A DNA stretch of 64,000 nt, taken from NCBI GenBank assembly GCA_013265495.1, contig MU058059.1, forward strand, positions 4,069,502 through 4,133,501, given 5' to 3'. Both the position numbers and the translations under genes were made by a program. Source of the stretch: Vicugna vicugna (lineage: Eukaryota). This document shows, one piece after another, positions 34,701 to 47,451 of the stretch. The notes under the pieces are model-generated. The model was not told where the DNA came from. It made no database searches and saw only the letters and a list, made by a program, of their open reading frames with translations. Positions within the stretch are counted from its first letter, which is position 1, and each line of letters begins with the position of its first letter.

Positions 34701-35702
34701 GTCTTGCTACTTCTTGTTTTATCAGGGTTCTTACAGGTAGCTGCGACTCGTCTGGGGTCAGCAAATCACGGACGAGAGGTGCAGGTGCCGGGGAGCTCCC
34801 CCTGCTCCTCAGCAACGCAAATCCAAGGCAGCAGGCCAGGCAGGGCCTCCCCAAGTCTGACAGCTCTCAGAACGACTGCACCCCATAATATCCGCACGTC
34901 AGTGTGCCTGCTAGGTACACCCAACCTCTGGTCACTGCAGGGCCACCGGGACCCAGCAGCCCAGGAACGCATCACATCACAGCTGCGCCCGTGTCGGAGC
35001 CCTGAGGCTGAGTGATGGCGGCGGCTGCAGGTGTCAGCTCTTCATCTTCTGCAGGTGCAGACGTCAACCGAGAGGCTACAGCCAGTCCCTGTCCCTCTTC
35101 TCCCTAGTCTCTCCGTTGTTGGTGGGCATTCTAGACAGCATCGAGGCCTGGCTCCCATACCCCCACCTCCAGGAAGCCTTCTACGATTTCTCCTAACTGG
35201 AATCCATCTGTCCTGTGCTGTGCTTCCTGGCATTGTATCTGTGGTCACAGTCTGACTCTGTTAGTTTAGGTGCATGTTTCTCTGTCCAGCTTGATCCTAA
35301 TTTCTTCAAAAAGGACTTGTGTTTTGTCTTCTTGCCTTGATGGCCGGGCCTAGGATAGGGCAAACTGGAAATGCAAACTTACTTTGTTGAATTAAAAGCA
35401 GTAAGAGTTACACCATAAAGTGACAGTAGGCGATCACAGTCACAAGAGGAGTGGAGATCAAAGGCAGGTCAAGTTCCTGTTTTTGAAGAAGAAAAAGAGA
35501 AACAAGCGATGGGGAGGAGCTGCAGATGCACGGGGGCATCCTGGAATTTTCAGAGGAACACCGCTGTCCCCTGAACCCCAGCGTCCATGTTTCAGTGCAC
35601 GCGGTCTGGGAGAAAGAACCTGAGTAAGGGCAGAGCAAAGGCACCACGAGACGCTCCGCCGTCTCTGAGTCGGCCTGGGTCCTACCCAGCAGACGGTCAC
35701 TT

Positions 35703-36130
35703 GTTTAAAAACTGAAGTATGTTCTGTTTACAACTGTGTTAAATTCTGGTGTATGACATAGTGATTCAGTTGTACATATACACATATCTTCCTTTTTATT
35801 TATTCATACTCGTTTTCATTATAGGCTACTACACAGTACTGAATGCAGTTCCCTGTGCTGTGCAGCAGGACCTTGGTGTTCATCTGTTTTATGGGTAGTG
35901 TGTGTATCTGCAAGTCTCGAACCCCCAATTTATCCCTCCCCATCTCCTTTCCCCACTGGTAAACAGAAGTTTTCTACGTCTGAGTCTGTTTCTGGTTTGT
36001 AAATAAGTTCATGTGTGTCATTTTTTTAGATTTAACATAAAAGTGGTATCATATGGTATTTGTCTTTCTCTGACTTACTTCACTTAGTATGATCATCTCC
36101 AGGTCCATCCATGTTGCAGTAAATGGCATT
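35703..36130 (-). mobile_element. L1 3'UTR fragment (cetartiodactyl-type)
   Basis: Reverse complement resembles the 26.7 kb element. Contains gacttacttcacttagtatgatcatctccaggtccatccatgttgc. Confidence 0.8.
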
Positions 36131-36150
36131 ACTTTACACTTATCCATGCT

Positions 36151-36159
36151 ACACACACA

Positions 36160-36193
<34 letters not shown>
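36151..36193. repeat. Interrupted (AC)n microsatellite
   Basis: Read directly from the sequence. Confidence 0.9.
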
Positions 36194-36195
<2 letters not shown>

Positions 36196-36839
36196 GGAGT
36201 ACTACTCAGCCATAAAAAGAATAAAATACTGCCGTCGGCAAGTGGTTACTTTTGTTCTGCACAGGCTGCCAGAAGGACCTCGGCCTTCAGCTTCTAGACG
36301 GGCCAAGTAGTAAACATACGTGGTCAAGAAGCACCTCCTCTTTTTAACCTGAGAGTCTGGGTTTATAATTAGGAAACAATAAGAGATTTAAGTATCAAAT
36401 GAGCACAAACTGCGGAGCAGCCTGGATGATTCCTTCACGATCCTGCAACCGCACTTCCCCCCAGTTACTACCCACAGAAATTCATTCTACGCTTCTTAAT
36501 AAAAGGGGGCACCAGAGCTGCAGGAGGGATCTGTCGCCACCACTTCTGCTCCTCCCCCGCCCCCCCCTTGGCAGCCCCACAGGCTCCCTGCAGACGTCTG
36601 TCCGCCTCCCACGCGGCACTTGCTTTGTGTTTCCCTGTCCCCCCGAAGCACTCAGAGCACATGACGACACATGGTGGTTACGACCTGGCTGGGTGTTTCT
36701 ACTTGCACATGTTGGCAGATTTATAAAACCTCCACCTGCTTCCAGGTTCCCTCCAGACTATGTCTGCTGGGTCTCTGGTAGGACAGAAACCCAGTCATTC
36801 GCAAGAAATACGTAATATTGAAATCACACCACACTTTAA

Positions 36840-37525
36840 ACATCTAATTGCGGTAAAACACACAGAACATAAAATTCATCCTCTTGCATTTTCAAGCGTA
36901 CAGAGTGGCAGTACTACATTCACAACGTGTACGACCAGTCTCCAGTGCAAGTCATCCTGCGAAACTCTGTCCCCACTAGACGCCAAATGTCCTCTCTCCT
37001 CAGCTCCTGGCCACCCGCCACCGCTCTACTCCACCCCCATGAACAGGGTCACTCTGGGTACCTCTCCTCCGGTCAGTGGGATCCCCCAGTGTCTGTCCTT
37101 GTGCAACCGGCTTACTCCACTGAGCAGGGTCCTCCAGGCTCATGAGGCTGCCGCGCGTGTCAGAATGTCCTTCCTTCTTAAGGCTGAACCACATTCCACG
37201 GGATGGATGGACCACCCTGGGTTTCCCCTTTCTCCAAAGACGGGCACTTCCGCCCTCTGGCTGTTGTGAACAATGTTGCCATGAACATGGGATCTTCTCA
37301 AGATCCCACGTTCATCATTTTTGGCCACATGCCCCAGAGTAGAAGTGTTGGATCACGCAGTAGTTCTGTTTTTACGTTTTTAAGGAATCACCATCTTGTT
37401 TTCCACCGTGGCTGCCACCAGTTTTACGTTCCCGCCGACAGCGCCCAAGGTTCCAATTTCCACACGGTGTGACCAACACGTGCTCTTCTGTTTTTTGATG
37501 GCAGCCGCCCTCCTGGGTGTGATGT
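36840..37525 (-). mobile_element. Old L1 3' remnant
   Basis: ccttccttcttaaggctgaa, ctgttgtgaacaatgttgccatgaacatgg, aggaatcaccatcttgttttccacc. Confidence 0.75.
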
Positions 37526-39949
37526 GGGACACCATGCTTTAAATTTAGCCTTTTTTTTTCAAGAGCTCAGAGCTCGCTGAGATCCGAGCCCTCGCAGTGA
37601 CGCAGGGAGGCGCGTCCTTCCGTCAGGTGAGCCCTCGCTAACCGCAGCGGCGGGTCTGCGGCTAGGCTCATAAACTTCCAGGCAGGTTTTCATCTCTCTG
37701 ATGAAGCCAGGAAATCTATTCTTTCCAAATAGGGTGAAATAACTGTTTGGGGGGCATAGCTCATCTGGATAAAACATCTGAAAACAGCCTTCTTATTTTA
37801 ATTTTAGAGCCTTGTTGGAATAAACATGGCCCTGAATGGAGGGAAGAAATGGTAGAGGAGGAAGTGCAGGGGGCAGGCGGGTCCCAGGCGCGGTCAGAGC
37901 CCAGCCCCAGCCCCGGCACGGGCTCTGAGGCAGGGGCTCGCGGACGCCAGGCGGCGCCCTCCGGCGGGAGGCTCTCTGCTGCCATCCCTCTGGGGCTAAG
38001 CGGCTTCCCTAGAGAGGGCTTTGGTGACAGACCTGGGGCTCCCTGTGCAGACTCCCCACGGGGGTGTCCAGAAGGCTCATGGGACAGAAGCAGCCTCTAA
38101 CTGCCATCAGTGTCACTGCCCATCACAGATGCTTCCCTGGCTCAGGTGTGCGCTCAGGGTCAGGGAACAAGTGGCCTTCAGAGAGGGAGCGGAGTCTCAT
38201 TTCCATGAGCTGGTTGTGTTTACAGGAAGGCGAAGAGCTGTTGGGACAAATTGTTTCTGTGGACGTAAAGCCAGCAGTGACTGCAGCGGCTTGCAGAAGG
38301 TCCTTGGGGATTTATGCAAACGTGGGAACCCTGATGAGGCTGGTGGCAGGAATTGTGGGGGAACACCACCAACTCCCTAAAAACAGCCCATTTTTCCTTT
38401 TATTCCATCCTTGCCCTCTCTCCCCGCCCTGATGGCCGTACGCCTAAGAGTAACAAAACATGGGTTTTATTTTAAAGATTAAAAAAATGATAAAGATTCA
38501 GGTGGCATGTATTCTATGTAGTATTTTGACTTTAAAATACGTCCCTGGAATTAAATGGCCTTAGCACGAAGTCATAACAAACTTGAAAAAAATCAGAGGC
38601 CGCAGAGAATCAATGGAAATCACAGGAATCCAGGTACGGACGCAAGTCCCACCCAGCGATGTGGCCGTGCGCGCGGCGGTCACCCTCGGAGCCTCCGTCC
38701 CTCCCCTGGGAAGTGAGGACAGCTGGCAGGCAACTTGAAGAGACGGTGAGGCCTGGGAGTTACAGGCATAGCACTCTGGAAATCCTCCTCAGCCAGCTCC
38801 ACTTGGAAGTGTTGGAATGGGGCTGGAAATGCCCCGCGTAAAATAGCTTTGGAATGGAGCTGGACGGTCACTAAGCCTCTTTTCCAAATGGACACATACT
38901 AAATTCTCCCTCACACAAAGGAAGAGCTGCAGACGGTTCGGGCTGGAACGGCACAGAGGCCGGGACTCGGTGCTGCGAGTGAGGAGCCGACAGAACGGCT
39001 GCCTGATGAGCATTCAGGCTACGGCCTGTACCTCCCTCTCACTGAGTGTACTCTTCCCCACCCTAGGCAACACCTCCAGGACTGCACGCAGCGACACAGC
39101 CTCCCAGCGGGACCCCTGAGCGATGCTCGGTCCTTCTTCACGCTCAGGGTGTAGCTCCTCACTGCCGCACAAAGTTGTACCAGGAGGCCTCAGGGGAGCG
39201 GTGACATTGTCACCAGAACTCCCAGGGAAACAAGACAGGGAAACACACCGGGCTGCAGACAGGCTCGAACCCCGCGAGACAGGAACTGGAGCCTTGCCTG
39301 GCGGACCAGCCCTTCTTCTCTCTGGAGGGACCTTCTCAGCCACTGTCTCTGTGGCCCACTGATCGCTGCCAACAGACCCCGTCCCGTCCCCAGCCCGCCC
39401 GTGCTGCTGTGTGCGGCTGGCGCTCTGGTGCGCCTAATGCCCGCAGCGCTCACCTCACACGGGTCACAACGTCTTCCGTTACTAGGCTTCTCTTCTGTGC
39501 CTTGTCCTGTGTCTTGGAATAGGTGGTGAACTCAGGAGCCAAAATCACTGTTTCTCCGCTTCTACACATAGCACCTGCATCGCCTTCACTCAGAATCACC
39601 CCAAGGGTGGCCCCAGGGGCGACTTGGCAATGCGTTTCCAGGAGTCACTGGAAATGTCGATCAAGAAAAGAAGCTTCTAGATTTCACTCACGCAGTCAGT
39701 GCGGACACCGCGCTGCAGGTGTAGGCGCTGTACATTTAGCCCACGGTCTCAGTCTGGAAACTGCCCGTGTCTTTGCCGTATTCTGACGCTGCCTGCTCTC
39801 CCTCTGCCCCCGAGGACGAGGCGTTCGAGGTTGGGCGACTCAGGGCAGCCACTCAGGGCTTTCCTCTCTTCCCTCCTGTCGTTCTCAGCGCGACGCCGAC
39901 ACGCACCTCCAGGCCTTTTGTCTCACAGACACAGGACGGTTGCCGCAAG

Positions 39950-41600
39950 ACACAGTAACTTCACAAAACTTCATGAGAGGCAGGCAAGGGGAGAGTCCAA
40001 GCTTAAGAGCTTTCTACCTGTAGCTCCAGGCTTCCACGCGGAAGCACTTCCTCCAGCCTGAGAACACCCTTTCATACTCTGCAGTGCAGGGCTGCCGGTG
40101 CCAAATGCTCCTGGTTTTCGCCTAGAAACATCTCCTTTTGACCTTTATTATTTCCTCCTATACCCCTGCACATAAAATTACACCTCGATTTTTCCCCTTT
40201 CTTTCAGCAGAACTTGAGAGATGCTGTCCTCTTCCTCCTGACCGGCCTCATTTCTGGGGGGAAGGTGGAGAAAAGCCTCATCCTCGTCCCCTTGCACACA
40301 GTGCACTTTTTACTGCGATGCTTTTAATGTTCTTCTCTGTCGCTGCTGCTCAAAACTTAACTACATCACATCTCGGTGTTGGTTTTTCTTTGCTGTTTGT
40401 TTAGACAGAGGTCTCGAACTTCTCGGATTTAGGAGTTTAGATTTTTCATCAAATTTGGGAACATTTGGCCATTATTTCTTAAAACACTTTTCTTACACAC
40501 TTCTAAGACTCCAATCATATCATTAACACACTTAACCTCTGAAACTACCGTCCAGGTCACCGAGGCCCTGTTAGTCAGTATCATTTTCAGTCTCTTTTCT
40601 GTGCTTCCACTTGGGCACCTCCTGAGACCCCACATCTGACTTCACCAGCCTCTTTCTCGGGTGTCTGATTTGCTCGTAAGCCCGTCGGTGAATCCTGAGT
40701 TTCAGCTCTGGGTGCTTCCCGCCTCTCCAGGCCCGTTTGCTCTTTCAGTCATCGCTTCCTTCTTGGTAGGTTCTGTTTTTGTCTTCATGATGATCAAGTT
40801 CTTTAAGCTTGAAAACAATTAAAAGAGCTGCTTCGAAGAGTCTGTCATTCCAGGCCACCTGTCATTGGCTGATTTCTTCTTGCTCTGCAGACGGCTAGTC
40901 ACTCTCAGCTGGATGCTGTAATGTCTGCATTGTTGAGTGTCTGGATTGTGGCGTCCTCCTTTAAAGGGCGCTGGGCTTTGTTCTGACAGGCGGCCCCGTT
41001 ACCCGGGGGCCAGCTTTATCCCAGCAGGCTCATTTCCCAGTTCTGTCACGGTGGGCCCAGGGGCGCCTCTACCGCACGGCTGGGTCGGCCTCAGGAGAGG
41101 AGTCGCTCCACTCCGACAGCCTGCAGTGAAAGGTTTTCCCAACCTGTGTGAGTTCCGGGAGTGACCGAGTTTACAGGTTCTCAGTGTTTGCCCAGGAGTT
41201 CTGCTTTGCCCACTCACGGAGTGCCCCCCTCTGCTCGCACAGCTTAGAATTCAGCTAAAGCATCTGGGTGACCCTGCGCGGACTCCTGGAGCGCTCCCCA
41301 CGCCTGCCTTCCTCCTCTCCACAGTCTGTGCCCCCAGCTTCAGCCCCTTCAGCCGCTCACACCGTGACCTCTGCTTTGGCAGCCCGGCAAGACCACCGTG
41401 CTCCGCCGGGGTCCCCTGCCCCCACAGCGTGCGGCGGGCACGCCCCACCAGGGAGAGCGCGGGGGTGGGGCACGGACTTCATCCTGCTTGGCTCCTTTCT
41501 CTCGGGTGTTGTTATGCTGCGCTGCCAACCGCCCACTGTCTCAGAACACCTATTCCACACGTGTTGCCTAGTTTCCTCTCTGGTGATAGAGGAAAGCTAG
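39950..41600 (-). mobile_element. Ancient L1 5'/ORF1 remnant
   Basis: Minus-strand translation GQMFPNLMKNLN resembles L1 ORF1 ENFPNL.K..N. Boundaries approximate. Confidence 0.5.
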
Positions 41601-44600
41601 TCCAGTATATTTTTAACGTATCTTTTCTTCAACATCCGCCTTCCTAACATGCGAACATACCTGCATGATGGTACCCACCTACCCACCTACCTGGGAGCGG
41701 GCTGCCCGAGTTAGCAGGAGATTTTCACTGTGAATTTACCGTATATACAGGCAATCTGAGCAATCAACGTTTGCGAGCAGCCCACACATGAAAGTGAACG
41801 ACCGTCTTGCCTCATGCTTTCTCATCTTACCCTGTTTCAGAAATAACCCGAAAGCTTTCCAGGCTGCGGTCACCAGCGCACGTCAATCGCACGTCATCAC
41901 CACCGTCCTTCTCCTCAGAGACGCTGCCCTTCCCTCCTGTCTCGTCATCTACCACACGCTCTCCGAGGAAACGCACGTCCTCCTGACCCCCTTCCACTTT
42001 CTTATCTTTCTCCAACTCTTACCAAAGAACCTCAGGAAAGTGGCTTTTTTCTTTTTTCTCTCCCTTCATGTTATTTGTAAACCCCAAGTGATATAAGCTA
42101 TAAATTATAAACACAGCAGTGCCGGTGCTGGTGTCGGGGGGAGTCAAACGTTACACGCTTCATAATGAAAACAGGCGTAACGGCAAGTCCAGTCACTTTC
42201 CAGAATTTGCTTCCCGAGCTGCCTCTGAGGCCGTTTAAAAAATATCGCCCCACCGCGTGCTGACACGTTGGTAAAAGGCAGCGAAAGTAAGTAGTTGAAA
42301 AATGATCACGTGCCTGACTGTCACAGCAGCTTCACATTTCTATCCGGGTTTTAAAGGCTTCCTCTCAATTTCTGTGTTTAACTTGTTTCAAACAATTCAT
42401 GGACCAGGACTAACCTGCTTCTTTGAACAGCGGTGATTCAGAGCGTCCAGAAGCCCCGGCGGAAACCTGCCAATAGTCTCTTCCCAGCGGCTTGATGGTC
42501 TCCAAGTACCCTTGCTCTCCAGCTGCAGCCTTCCAAGCGAACACTTCATCTCTACTTCCCGATAAAACCGACGATAGTTACCAGCATCATCAGTGCGGGC
42601 GATTGAACTCCCTCGTGTGTGTATGTGCAGGGTGGGGATGCGTTAAAATATCTTTGAGGAAATGATAAAACATATCTGCTGTGGTGCTTTGCGTCTAAGG
42701 GTGTCCGACAGCTGGCTGGAGCAGACGCTCCCTGGTCTAGCCCGAAAAGGAACGAGGCACAGCTGTGCCCCCCCAGGCCCCGGGGAGGGGGACGGAGCCC
42801 GGCCGGGCCCCGCTGGCCGCCAGGCAGCCCACGGGGTCAGCTCTCGTGCGCTCAGGGAAGGGGGTGCTCTGGCGACTGAAGGCCACCTGTCCTGATGGCT
42901 GTGGTCACACTTCCCGTCACACTTGCGCATTTCGTGTGTTTGGCTGCAAAGCACTAAGCTGCGCCACAACGTCAGCTTCCCAAGACTCTAGAAGGGGGTG
43001 CGAGCTGGAGAAGCCCAAGACGTCGGGCCAAACCAGCTTCAGAAATGGAGCTTGGAGGCTCACGTCTGCGTCTAACCCGAGTAAATCAATGCCTCCACCG
43101 ACTGGGGAGTCAGGCTGAAATCTGTGGGTTTCTCGTATCTTCTGTAAGTCACTGTTTCGAAATAAACAGAGTACATCTTAATATTAGGATGTTTGGAGAA
43201 TATCACTACTCTTTTTCATGACTCAGAAATAATTGAGAATGTTTCAGAACCTTGCAGCCGAGTCCAGGACATGGTTCCGCACGGGAAGAGGCAGAGAGGT
43301 GGTAAGAATTCACACTGACCCTGTGAAGTGCCTGGAGGTTCTCTTTTTAGACAGAAAACTTTGTTAATGTGTGTCTTAGCAGGCTTATCTTTTTTATTAA
43401 AAATAATTCATTTGAGCTTTCAGGTCGTTTAATTTGGAGTAAGCAGGGGCTTTCCTGTTGTATCTGTGACTGAATCACTTTCTCACCACCTACTGCAGAG
43501 ACTTACACTAGTGAGAGAGGCGGGGACACCCAGACACGGGGCGGGAGGCTTCCCCAAGGCCCAGGGCCCCTGGGAAGTGGCTGAGCAATGCCTGGGTGCA
43601 GACCTGCGGCCCTGGGCAGGGGGCAGAGGTGTTCCGTCTTCTTCAGGAAGAACAGAGATGGCAGATGCTTAATAACGGTTGCTGAACGACTGAACAAAAG
43701 CAGGAGGCAGGCCCCGCGGAATTCGGGCTGTTTTTTCCTCAACTCCCTCAGCGTGCCTGGGGGGGGTGTGGGGGCCTCTCTCTGTGGTTTCCTGAGCATC
43801 TGGAGAACTTGTAAAGCACCCCGTCCCAGGCCCCAGCTCTGAGAACTCTGGATCCTCGAGTCCGGCAGGGCCCGGGGATAAGTGTAATTTGGGGATCAGC
43901 ACCTCGGCTATGTGCACCCAAACTCGGAAGCCCTGATGGCGGCTCCCCAGGCCGGGGACCTGACCCTTCCTGCAGCGGCCTGTCCCCTGCCCTCTGGGTG
44001 TGCAGACACCCAGTCCTGCTGGCTCTGACAAGCCCACTTTGTAGCCCCAGAGTCAGGGGGCTGGGAGTGCTTCCTTAGGAGTGACTTTACTGGCAGCTGT
44101 TGGCAGACCTGCTCCCAGAGAAATTTCAGCCCCAAGTGGGCAACCACGGCTCTGCGTGGCTGCGGAGTGGCTGCACCCAAGGCAGAGCCTGAGGAAGGGG
44201 CGGCGGCGTGGAAGCGCACGTGGTGGCCCCATCCATGGTGCTGGGGGCGGCCCGGGGAGGATGCGGCCCGGGGCCTCTGGGACCCGCGTTTCCTGCAGCC
44301 GCTCTGGCTGGCGTCACCGGGGATCCTCCAAAGCACCAACTGGCCTTCCCTCGGGCCACCTGGCCCCTTGCTGGGGCGGGCTGACAGGGCAGAACCTTCA
44401 CAGGCACCCCCCGGGGGTTCTTATCTGCAATCGGAGTTGAAAATAACCTACTGGGACCATGTTCACCACGAGGAAGAGTGTGTCTACGGCGGGAAGCGTG
44501 CACACACAAGGCAGGTCACGAGGACACCCCCTCACAGAGGTATCCACTCCTCTCTGCAGTTGGGAGCCTCAAGACTCTGTTTACAAAAATGAACCTGCAA

Positions 44601-44759
44601 GTCCTCCATTTGGGGCAGTTCACTCCTTCCCTAACCCGCAGGTCCCCTGTGGACCCCTCCTCGGCCGCGGCTCCTCCTCCTCTCGCTCCTGGTTTGGGTG
44701 CTTTCCCGCAGGGCTCCTGCCCGCTCTGCACAGCAGGCACGCGGCACAGGGGGTGATTC

Positions 44760-44960
44760 AGGGCATGGGCTTCTAGACTTGAGTTCCAGCCCCGGCTTTG
44801 CCATTCCCATCATGGGACTTGGGGTAAATCACTTGACCAATCTGTGCCTCAGTTTTCTAGTCTGTAAAATGGGGATAATATAATCTACCTTGTTGGGAAG
44901 ATTCAATGAATTAATGCGAACCCGACAACAGTAAGTGTCCAATAAACCTTGACTATTACA
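44760..44960 (+). mobile_element. MIR remnant
   Basis: Core motif ctgtgcctcagttttctagtctgtaaaatggggataata. Confidence 0.8.
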
Positions 44961-47039
44961 ATTATTAACCCAGCCCCACTATGAAAGCAAGCGCCTGTCT
45001 CTGTATATTGCTTTGCAGTCACAGAGCCCCCTTGGGAGAAGGCACCAGCCTGAGTGAGTCCCACCAGAGCCCAGGCCCTGAGCCCACGGCCCGGGCCAGC
45101 ACCTCTGGCTGCACGAGGCTGATACCACTCAGCCAACTACGGGATGAAGAAGCCAAACGCCCAGCTCCTGAGTGGCTGCCCATCTGCTGAGCCAGGTCAG
45201 GTGGGAGCCAGCCTGTCTGGACCCTGGGTCTGTCCCTCCCTCGGAGCAGAGCTGCAGTGCAAGGTGGGGCTCCTGGAACCATCACTGAGGAAGACTGTCC
45301 TCCTCCCTCGAGCAGGAAGGACCTATTTCCTCTGCTCACCCCCACCTCCATCCCATCACGAGCACATAAGCTCAGGCTCTCCTGGCCCGAAGGCCACACA
45401 GATGGCCTCGGTCCCCTTAGCAATGAGGTCGAAGACACGACGTTCCAAATCATCGTTCTAAATTTCGAGTATTGAGCAAGAAGGACCGCAGTGTTTATTG
45501 TCAAACCCAAGGCAGACCTTTCTGTCAAGACGGAGAAACTTCCCAGATCCCCGTTCTACATTTTCCCAGAATTCCTTACACCATCATCTCATTAAAAAAC
45601 GCACATAGTGTGATTCTGGCAGCATACGAAGCAACTTAACTACACAGCGAACTCCCGGGTGACTGTTCACACCCCGATCTCTCACATTCCTCGTCATCGT
45701 CTCTGAACTCTCCCAGCAGATGCTCCATTACAAAGACCTGACCGAGGTTATTATGCTAATTTCCTTCACGGAAAAATAGCTGCTTGCTCTGATGGGGGGA
45801 TTAATGTCCTTGTCAGAAGCGGACACACACGAGTCAGATCAAGCAGACGCCCCGTACATGTCAGTTCTCTCCCTGTGAGAATGTAAAGGAGCTTCTGGTT
45901 TTGTGAACTCTTCGTGAGACTCTCCCGGTGAGTGGATGACGTGAACAGATCCCCCCAGATGGAAGACACTAACCTCGGCCAGACTCAATTACCTTCTGGA
46001 ATCACTTCCTTCTTCTCCACATTGGAAAGCCTTGGGCCACGCAAACTCTCTCTCCCCTGGCTGATTACGGCTGGAATTTACAATTCTAGCTCTTAATCAT
46101 GAGGAAATAAAACTGACCTATTCCAGCAAGCTATCAAAGCCGTTGACTTACTTCTTTGAGGGCTTGGCGATGTATTCAAATCATAAGTGACGTAGAGCCA
46201 AAAAGACCTCAGGTGCACTGACCTCCGGAACCTTCCCCTCTTACCTCTGCCCAAACCCTCTCTGACTTTTTTCTGGCTCGGATATGATTTGCTTAAGGTC
46301 ACTGACTACACTGAAGAAAAGAGCAGGAATGAGAAGGAACTCTTGGAAACCACTGTCCATCCACTGTCCATCCACTGCTTTGCGGTTCATGACAGTGGAA
46401 CTGAGCGGGACCCTGGGGGCCGCCAACCCACAAGAGCTCGGGGGCTGGAGCCTCCCAGGCCTCCCCGAGTCACAGACGCACAGACTCAGCAGCTAATGGG
46501 GACGGAGTCACAGGCTCAGTGTCTGATGCGCGTTCCCGAGTGTTTTACAGGCACGAGAGCTGCCGCCAGAGGGAAGAGCCTCCTGCTCGAGGACCAGACT
46601 GCAGCCACGGCACCAGCTGCTCCATCTTGAGCAGGACTGACTCTCAAGGACTGGCCTCAAAAAAATGGGATTAACACTGTGCTCATAATAATCCACATCT
46701 CTGTGGGCATCAGAACAACTGCAGCTTCTTCTGTCTGTATATGTAAACGGGCAACCACAACTGAGAGATGCCGCAGACCCAGGCGGACACCCTCCTCTCT
46801 GAGGGCATGGCATCTGGTGTCAGAAGGAGGAGGTCACCGAAGACGGACCCTCGCCCCGACGCCCTGGAAATGGAACGATGCTCTGACAGGCGGGGACTTG
46901 ACAGCAGCCTTCAGCAGGAAAGCGCTCTCTGCAGGAGGCTGCTGGGGTCTGGTCGCTCACCCTAAACCGGGCGCCCCTGCGCTCCACCCCTCTTCCATCC
47001 ATAAGCATACTTTCAACGCTCTTGATCACACAACACCCT

Positions 47040-47451
47040 GCCTAACCTGCCGGTTCTTTCCACAGTTCAAAGAAGCAGAAATGAATAAGTAATTCACCGA
47101 TGACCAGATCTCTTCCCCAGCTCCCCCTTCATCTCACAGACCAAGCATGTGAACAAGCCGCATCTAAGGGAAAATTGCCAGGAGCCGACACGCCTGCGGG
47201 ACGAGTCTGCCACGGTGGGACGCAGACGGCTCTGACCCCGGATCTCAGGTTAACTGACATCACTTCCCCCTTCCCTTTGAAACTTCCGTGGTTGAGCAGA
47301 ATCTTTGGAGATGGTTTTGGGAGACACTGAGTCTACCACCTCCCCAGATGGTTGGCTTTCCGCTTAAAAGCAAGTTTCCCTCCTACCAACGCTTGCCTCT
47401 CCCGAGTACTGACTTCTGAGCAGTGAGCAGCCGGACCCGAGCTCAGTAACA
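47040..47451 (+). mobile_element. Solo LTR remnant (MER34/MER39-like ERV1)
   Basis: ggttttgggagacactgagtc...taaagcaagtttcc...gcagtgagcagccggacc...cagtaaca terminus. Confidence 0.55.
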